A stretch of DNA of 27,477 nucleotides, taken from positions 1 through 27,477 of the forward strand of contig SKJA01000163.1 in the NCBI GenBank assembly GCA_007116105.1, given 5' to 3'. Source of the DNA: Candidatus Izemoplasma sp. (GTDB lineage Bacteria > Bacillota_I > Bacilli_A > Izemoplasmatales > Izemoplasmataceae). This document shows positions 7,011 through 12,355 of the stretch, in pieces. Each line of letters begins with the position of its first letter. Positions within the stretch are counted from its first letter, which is position 1. A program made the position numbers and the translations under genes. Under the pieces are notes generated by a model. It searched no databases, was not told the DNA's origin, and worked only from the letters and a program-made list of their open reading frames with translations.

Positions 7011-8096
7011 ATGGATTTACTCTTTATACCTATTATTCTCGTTTCGGTTTTAGTGGTGATCACTTTAATCATTGTGTGGGCTGACAATTTTTTTGGTACG
7101 GCAGGCGAGCGCACGCTTCTTGTCAACAACGAAAAAGAAATTAAAGTCACCGACAGTGACACCGTACTAAACCTACTTACGAAAGAAAAAATCTTCATTC
7201 CTTCCGCCTGTGGTGGAAAGGCAACGTGTGGCTTTTGTAAGGTCCGCGTCACAGAAGGCGGGGGCGACGTTCGCCCGACTGAAGAACCGTTTTTAGATAA
7301 AGAACAAAAAGCGAACAACGTACGTCTGTCTTGCCAAGTTAAAGTACGTGAAAACATTAAGGTTGAGATTCCGAAAAGTCTTCTAGGTGCTTTGGAGTAC
7401 AAAGCGAAAGCCATCAAAGTAGAAGACCTAACCTACGATACGAAGTTGGTGCGCTTTAAACTCATCGAACCCGATACCATGGAGTTCAAACCTGGTCAGT
7501 ATGCGCAAATCAAAGTCCCAGGCATTGAAATCATTCGTGCATACTCCATTGCTTCAGACCCGAACGATCCTCATCACATTGAGTTTATCATCCGTTTAGT
7601 GCCTGGCGGTTTAGCAACCACCTTTGTTCACAAAGCGTTACTTGCGGGTGATGACATCATCATCACAGGACCTTATGGTGATTTCTTCTTAAGAGAAGAG
7701 AGTAAGCGTGACATGGTCTGCATCGCCGGGGGATCAGGTAAAGCGCCCATTCGTTCCATTCTATACCGTCTTCAAGACATGGGGATGCCAAGAAAAGTTC
7801 GCTATTTCTTTGGTGCGAAAGCTGTACGTGACTTGTACTATACGGAAGAGATGCAAGCCATTGCTAAAGCGTTTCCGAACTTTGAGTACATTCCCGCGCT
7901 CTCACATCCGGAAGACACCGACGATTGGAAAGGTGAAACTGGTCTGATTACTGACGTCCTCGACCGCATGACAGGGGATTTAAGTGAAAGTGAAGCCTAC
8001 TTATGTGGCTCACCAGGGATGATTGATGCGTGTATTAAAGTTCTAAAAAAACACGACATAAAAGATGAAAATGTGTTATACGACAAATTTGGTTAA
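7011..8096 (+). CDS. nqrF: NqrF-like NAD(P)H:acceptor oxidoreductase (TM anchor + 2Fe-2S ferredoxin + FAD/NAD FNR domains)
   Basis: N-terminal TM helix; SACGGKATCGFC...RLSCQ; RAYSIAS; GPYGDF; IAGGSGKAPIRS; YLCGSPGM; C-terminal YDKFG. Confidence 0.88.
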   Translation: MDLLFIPIILVSVLVVITLIIVWADNFFGTAGERTLLVNNEKEIKVTDSDTVLNLLTKEKIFIPSACGGKATCGFCKVRVTEGGGDVRPTEEPFLDKEQKANNVRLSCQVKVRENIKVEIPKSLLGALEYKAKAIKVEDLTYDTKLVRFKLIEPDTMEFKPGQYAQIKVPGIEIIRAYSIASDPNDPHHIEFIIRLVPGGLATTFVHKALLAGDDIIITGPYGDFFLREESKRDMVCIAGGSGKAPIRSILYRLQDMGMPRKVRYFFGAKAVRDLYYTEEMQAIAKAFPNFEYIPALSHPEDTDDWKGETGLITDVLDRMTGDLSESEAYLCGSPGMIDACIKVLKKHDIKDENVLYDKFG

Positions 8097-8102
8097 AAAA
8101 AT

Positions 8103-8127
8103 AAGCCACCGCTTGCGGTGGCTTTTT
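8103..8127 (+). terminator. Intrinsic terminator of the nqr-like operon
   Basis: AAGCCACCGC-tt-GCGGTGGCTT plus TTT, 7 nt after the nqrF stop; preceded by an A-rich stretch. Confidence 0.88.
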
Positions 8128-8143
8128 GAGAGGAGCTTTTTGA

Positions 8144-8557
8144 ATGAAACGACTGACCATGATTTTGATGATGCTGTTTGTTTTAATCGTTTCGGGGTGT
8201 ACGCGTCCATCGTCGTTTGAACGGCGCATGGACGATCGTTGGGATGCCATTGAGACTTACATACTGACCGCCGATGGAAACCGTGAAGGGGCTCAGATTA
8301 CGCGCTTTGATTACTTATGTTATACCTTTGAGCTTGAAGGGTTTTTGCCAACGGATATCTGTATGTATTTTGTGAGTGTGACACACCCTATTGACCGAAA
8401 TCGCTTTTGGGTTGTTTCGCATCGTTTTGATGAGGATGACGATAGCTTTGCCCACGATGAACTGGTATCACAAAGCCATTTAGACGCTGAACGTCAAGTG
8501 TTTATGGATTTTCTTGAAGAAAATGACACCGTCTTTATTGCAGGAACAAGAGATTGA
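8144..8557 (+). CDS. Hypothetical lipoprotein
   Basis: GAGAGGAG SD; signal MKRLTMILMMLFVLIVSG-C with lipobox VSGC; acidic mature part with no lysine. Confidence 0.8.
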   Translation: MKRLTMILMMLFVLIVSGCTRPSSFERRMDDRWDAIETYILTADGNREGAQITRFDYLCYTFELEGFLPTDICMYFVSVTHPIDRNRFWVVSHRFDEDDDSFAHDELVSQSHLDAERQVFMDFLEENDTVFIAGTRD

Positions 8558-8574
8558 AAAATTTACATTTTCTC

Positions 8575-8603
8575 TTCACATCGTTTTCAAAGTAAGGTAT
8601 AAT
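8575..8603 (+). promoter_or_regulatory. oppA promoter P1 (sigma70-type)
   Basis: TTCACA (8575-8580), 17-bp spacer, TATAAT (8598-8603). Confidence 0.7.
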
Positions 8604-8612
8604 AGAAAAAAA

Positions 8613-8664
8613 TTCACAAGTTCCACAACTTTTTCAATCAAAATGTTCACAAATTCCACAACTT
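8613..8664 (+). repeat. 19-bp direct repeat x2 with 33-bp period; candidate operator
   Basis: TTCACAAGTTCCACAACTT (8613-8631) and TTCACAAATTCCACAACTT (8646-8664), one mismatch. Confidence 0.8.
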
Positions 8665-8674
8665 GTGGTATAGT
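8646..8674 (+). promoter_or_regulatory. oppA promoter P2 (sigma70-type with extended -10)
   Basis: TTCACA (8646-8651), 17-bp spacer, TATAGT (8669-8674) preceded by TG. Confidence 0.65.
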
Positions 8675-8680
8675 ATCTAT

Positions 8681-8771
8681 AACATCCTTATATAATAGGA
8701 TGTGCTCCTGAGAAGGAGTTTCAACGTTGGTATAAACTGCATAGGTTTTAGAGCGCTAAAAACTTATGTGG
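8681..8771 (+). other. Structured 5' leader of oppA (three consecutive hairpins); possible cis-regulatory RNA
   Basis: ACATCCT/AGGATGT (8682-8703); GCTCCT-GAGA-AGGAGT (8704-8719, GNRA loop); CATAGGTTTTAG/CTAAAAACTTATG (8740-8768). Confidence 0.55.
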
Positions 8772-8818
8772 AATATATAAAAAAACTTGTATTCAATAAA
8801 TGAGAGGAGAAACAAGTA

Positions 8819-11122
8819 ATGAAAAAATTATTATTAGCTTTATCGTTTCTTGTGCTAGTCTTTGGTCTTGCAGCTTGTGGCGAAGATACACCCCCAAGCG
8901 TACCGACTTTATCTGGCGTAGGAAATGCAACTATCACTGTTGGTCAATCATTTGACCCACTCGCGGGTGTCAGTGCCAATGACGCGACAGATGGTAGCTT
9001 AACGTCAGCGATCACTGTAACTGGAACTGTTAACACTGCAGTTGCTGGTACATATACTTTAACGTATAGTGTAACCAACAGTGCAGGGGAAACTCGTACT
9101 GCAACGCGTACGATTACAGTTCAAGCTGTACAGCCTGATCCAGACCCAGACCCAGATCCGGACCCAGATCCAGATCCAGTTGGCGACTTTGTACTCGCCC
9201 AAGGATTCTACGATTTCAAGTTCGCTCCGGTCGATGTTAAGAATGCTTTCTTTGGTGCCGCTGAACGCTGGTTGCTTCAAACAGGCGCAGGGGGAATTCC
9301 GATTTTCGCGAACTCTACCTTCAGCTTATTTAGCTCCCGTATTCAGTTACCAGTAGAAAACTTCGTACCAGTCATGGGCTTTGGTACTGGCTTTGCTACC
9401 ATGAGTGCTGATGACTCAACTGTTCGTATGGACGATGGTCGTCCAGGTAATGCAGGCGAATACACCTACCGTGGTGCATTCATCTTCTCACCTACGACTT
9501 TCAACCAATGGATCGCAGATGACTCAGTAAGTTCTGACGTAAACGTATGGTTCTTAGATTCTTTATATTACTTCGCGTTTAATGATGAGTTCACTGGATT
9601 CGATTTATTACCTTCAATGGCTGCTAGCATGCCTATCCCAATTGACAGTGAAGTCATTCTTGGTACTGTTGCTGCAAACACTTGGCGTATTGAACTCCGT
9701 GAAGATTTAGAGTGGTTCTACCACCCAAGCATTAACACTTCAGCCTTCCCAGAAGGTCATGAACGTATTACTGCTGAAGACTTCATTGGAACGTATCGTT
9801 TAGCGTTAGAAGAAGGTTGGTTCCGTGCGATTTCAGGCGGCGGCGACTTCTTAAATGCTGCACAACGTATCGTGGGTGCTCGTGAGTTCGTAGACGGCGA
9901 AGTCGAGTTCGACGAAGTTGGTTTACGTGTCATTGATGAGTTCACGATTGAATTCGAATTTGTTCCTCTAATGTCTGAATGGGACGTATCTTACTGGTTA
10001 TCAAGTATGGTTATGTCTCCAATTAACTTACACCTTCATGAAGTTGTAGGCGCAAGCTATGGTACTTCTCATACAACAATCGCTGCTCACGGCCGTATGT
10101 TTATTGATTTCTATGAGCCAGACAGCATCGTTCGTTTAAGAGAAAATCCAAACTTCCACAGCCCAAATAGAACGTTCTTCACAGGCTTAAACTTCCAAAT
10201 TTTACCAGATCCAGACTTTGCCTTTGAAACATTCTTAGCCGGTGGTCTTGACATCGGTGGCGTACCAACTGCGCGTTTTGATGAGTTCTCATCTCACCCA
10301 GAGTTACGCTTTACACCAGGTGCTACTACGTTCCGTATGAACTTGAACGCATTAAAAACACCTGAAGCTCAAGAAGCAGCATTCCCAGGTTCTGGTTTCA
10401 CTCCTGAGCCAATCATTGGTTACCAAGATTTCCGTTTAGCAATGTACTTTGCCTTAGACCGTGAAGAAATTGCAAGAGATCTTATGAGAACTGCTGAACC
10501 ACAAATGTTCCACTTCACTCCTGCTTACTTAGTAGATCCACAAGGTGGTATCTCCTTCCGTGACACTGAGTTTGGTCCACTTGTTGGTGAAGGCTTCTCA
10601 AGATCAACCTTCGGATTCAACGAAGATGCTGCACGTGCACTTTGGATGCAAGCTATTAATCAAGCTGTTGCTGATGGCTTCTACAGCCCAGGCGATGTCA
10701 TTGAAATTGAACTTGTCATTCAAGCCGCTTCACCTGCTCAAGCATTGCTTGGCGACTGGGTTGAAGCACAGTTCGAAAGACTCTTTGTGGACACTGCCCG
10801 CAACATTCGCGTTGAAATCACCGTGACTGCTGCACCGTTCCCACAAAACTACTTTAACTACATCCTTCCAGGTACATTTGACCTTGGAATGGGCGGTATT
10901 TCTGGTGGTACATTAGACGCAGCTGGCTTCTTATCACAATACCGTGCTGATAACGCTGGTGGCTTCACCCTTAACTGGGGTCTTGACACTAACGTCGCGG
11001 AAATCCCTGTAACGTATACCATTGCAGGCGAAACCTTCCACGAAATTTGGTCATTTGATGCGATTCACCGTGCATTAACTGCTGGTGTCAACGTTGTTGA
11101 TGGCCGCGAAGTAGTCGAATAA
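8819..11122 (+). CDS. oppA: OppA-like (SBP family 5) substrate-binding lipoprotein with N-terminal Ig-like (DUF5011-type) domain and Pro-Asp linker; apparently circularly permuted
   Basis: Lipobox LAAC; Ig-like PTLSGV...FDPLAGVSANDATDG...GTYTLTYSVTNSAG...ATRTITV; SBP5 motifs WRIELREDLEWF, ITAEDF, RVIDEFTIEF, RENPNF, DFRLAMYFALDREEI; first gene of a BCDF operon. Confidence 0.9.
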   Translation: MKKLLLALSFLVLVFGLAACGEDTPPSVPTLSGVGNATITVGQSFDPLAGVSANDATDGSLTSAITVTGTVNTAVAGTYTLTYSVTNSAGETRTATRTITVQAVQPDPDPDPDPDPDPDPVGDFVLAQGFYDFKFAPVDVKNAFFGAAERWLLQTGAGGIPIFANSTFSLFSSRIQLPVENFVPVMGFGTGFATMSADDSTVRMDDGRPGNAGEYTYRGAFIFSPTTFNQWIADDSVSSDVNVWFLDSLYYFAFNDEFTGFDLLPSMAASMPIPIDSEVILGTVAANTWRIELREDLEWFYHPSINTSAFPEGHERITAEDFIGTYRLALEEGWFRAISGGGDFLNAAQRIVGAREFVDGEVEFDEVGLRVIDEFTIEFEFVPLMSEWDVSYWLSSMVMSPINLHLHEVVGASYGTSHTTIAAHGRMFIDFYEPDSIVRLRENPNFHSPNRTFFTGLNFQILPDPDFAFETFLAGGLDIGGVPTARFDEFSSHPELRFTPGATTFRMNLNALKTPEAQEAAFPGSGFTPEPIIGYQDFRLAMYFALDREEIARDLMRTAEPQMFHFTPAYLVDPQGGISFRDTEFGPLVGEGFSRSTFGFNEDAARALWMQAINQAVADGFYSPGDVIEIELVIQAASPAQALLGDWVEAQFERLFVDTARNIRVEITVTAAPFPQNYFNYILPGTFDLGMGGISGGTLDAAGFLSQYRADNAGGFTLNWGLDTNVAEIPVTYTIAGETFHEIWSFDAIHRALTAGVNVVDGREVVE
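9134..9178 (+). repeat. Coding hexamer repeat CCN-GAY x7, encoding the (Pro-Asp)7-Pro linker
   Basis: cct gat cca gac cca gac cca gat ccg gac cca gat cca gat cca. Confidence 0.95.
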
Positions 11123-11141
11123 TTTCCTGATTTAAGTTAAC

Positions 11142-11190
11142 AATGCTTTTAGAGCCACTCAAGACTCTTGGGTGGCTCTATATAAGCATT
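11142..11190 (+). other. Long intercistronic stem-loop 1 (oppA-oppB)
   Basis: TAGAGCCACTCAAG-act-CTTGGGTGGCTCTA (14 pairs incl. one G-U), extended by AATGCTT/AAGCATT. Confidence 0.85.
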
Positions 11191-11194
11191 TAAT

Positions 11195-11249
11195 TTAGGT
11201 TATTTGCTAAAATAAGTCATCACGGCTTATTTTAGCGAATTGAACTTAA
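11195..11249 (+). other. Long intercistronic stem-loop 2 (oppA-oppB)
   Basis: TTGCTAAAATAAGTC-atcac-GGCTTATTTTAGCGA (15 pairs incl. G-U), extended by TTAGGTT/AACTTAA. Confidence 0.85.
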
Positions 11250-11272
11250 TAAAAAAATAAAGAGGTGTTTTT

Positions 11273-12355
11273 ATGATTCGTTACTCCTTGATTAGAACCT
11301 TGTGGGTGTTCATCATTCTCGCGACGGTTTTATCGATCAACTTTATACTCCTTAAAAACGCACCACAACTACCCCCACCAACGGAAGAAGGACGCTCCAT
11401 TTATTATTCGCGTCAAGTTTCTGATGGGTTTATGACAGTGCGTATCGAACGCGATCCAGATTTAGTACGTGAAGCTCGTGAAAGTAGACCTACCTTCTTA
11501 AATCGACTTCCAAGAAATTCGGATTTTTTCCATGAAGGTGATCAAATCCGCATTTTTGAACCCGTTCCATTGATTCAACAATATTTTAGTTGGGTCAACA
11601 ACATTGTGACTGAATGGAACTGGGGTGTTTCTACGTGGGTTCAACCCAACGTTGAAGTGTTCGAGATTCTCATGTCCCGTATTCCGGTTACCATAAGGCT
11701 CAATCTTGTGGCTTTATTTTTCTATATTCCTATTGGATTTGCTTTAGGAATTCTAGCCGCATTAAGAAAGAATACATTGGTTGATAACTTTATATCAGTC
11801 TTTGTTATGGTTATGATTTCACTGCCAAGTTTCGTTATTATGACATTCTTGGTGTTGATTTTCGCCTTTGGACTTGGCTGGCTGCCCACATCCTTCCCCT
11901 CGAGTGACGTCACGGGTGCTGTCCAGTATACGGCCTTAGTATTACCCGTTTTAGGGCTGTCTTTTGGGGCGATTGCTTCACTCACACGGACCTCACGGGC
12001 AGAGTTAACGGAAGTTTTAACTTCAGAGTTTCTCTTGCTTGCAAGAACGAAGGGACTCTCACAAACTCAAGCTGTCTTGAGACATGCTTTGAGAAACTCC
12101 ATGGTTCCACTTGTACCCGGAATTATTGGTTCATTCGTTGGTTTACTGAGTGGTTCGGTCATCATTGAGTTAATTTATGCCATTCCTGGCACAGGGCGTA
12201 TTTTTATTCGTGCGATGACTCAAAACCAATACGACTTTAACCTAATTCTCGCGATTACCGCTTTCTATACCGTGGTTGGCTTATTCGCCATTTTATTGGT
12301 TGACTTATCGTATGGATTCGTAGATCCGCGTATTCGAATGGGGGCTAGAAAATAA
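11273..12355 (+). CDS. oppB: Oligopeptide-type ABC permease OppB
   Basis: RIPVTIRL, GILAALRKNT..D, SLPSFV, EAA loop EFLLLARTKGL....LRHALRNS..P, GSVIIELIYAIPGTG; enlarged first external loop. Confidence 0.93.
   Translation: MIRYSLIRTLWVFIILATVLSINFILLKNAPQLPPPTEEGRSIYYSRQVSDGFMTVRIERDPDLVREARESRPTFLNRLPRNSDFFHEGDQIRIFEPVPLIQQYFSWVNNIVTEWNWGVSTWVQPNVEVFEILMSRIPVTIRLNLVALFFYIPIGFALGILAALRKNTLVDNFISVFVMVMISLPSFVIMTFLVLIFAFGLGWLPTSFPSSDVTGAVQYTALVLPVLGLSFGAIASLTRTSRAELTEVLTSEFLLLARTKGLSQTQAVLRHALRNSMVPLVPGIIGSFVGLLSGSVIIELIYAIPGTGRIFIRAMTQNQYDFNLILAITAFYTVVGLFAILLVDLSYGFVDPRIRMGARK

Noticed and set aside
8602-8652. Rex operators (TTCACAA half-sites)
   Set aside because: Only the right half matches; the left halves (ATAGAAA, CAATCAA) are far from TTGTGAA.
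8611-8668. DnaA boxes / replication origin
   Set aside because: The cores (AATTCCACA, AGTTCCACA) miss the TT(A/T)T start of TTATCCACA, and there is no dnaA/dnaN context or unwinding element.
8514-8711. 65-aa ORF as a leader peptide for oppA
   Set aside because: It starts inside the lipoprotein gene with no SD, upstream of both predicted promoters, and runs across them.
8686-8745. Purine riboswitch in the oppA leader (TATAAT...AGTTTCAAC...TAAA)
   Set aside because: No P1 closing a three-way junction, no L2 GG / L3 CC kissing pair, weak P3, and the TATAAT is in the loop of a competing 7-bp hairpin.
9134-9178. CRISPR or phase-variable repeat
   Set aside because: It is an in-frame 6-bp coding repeat with synonymous variation and no spacers.
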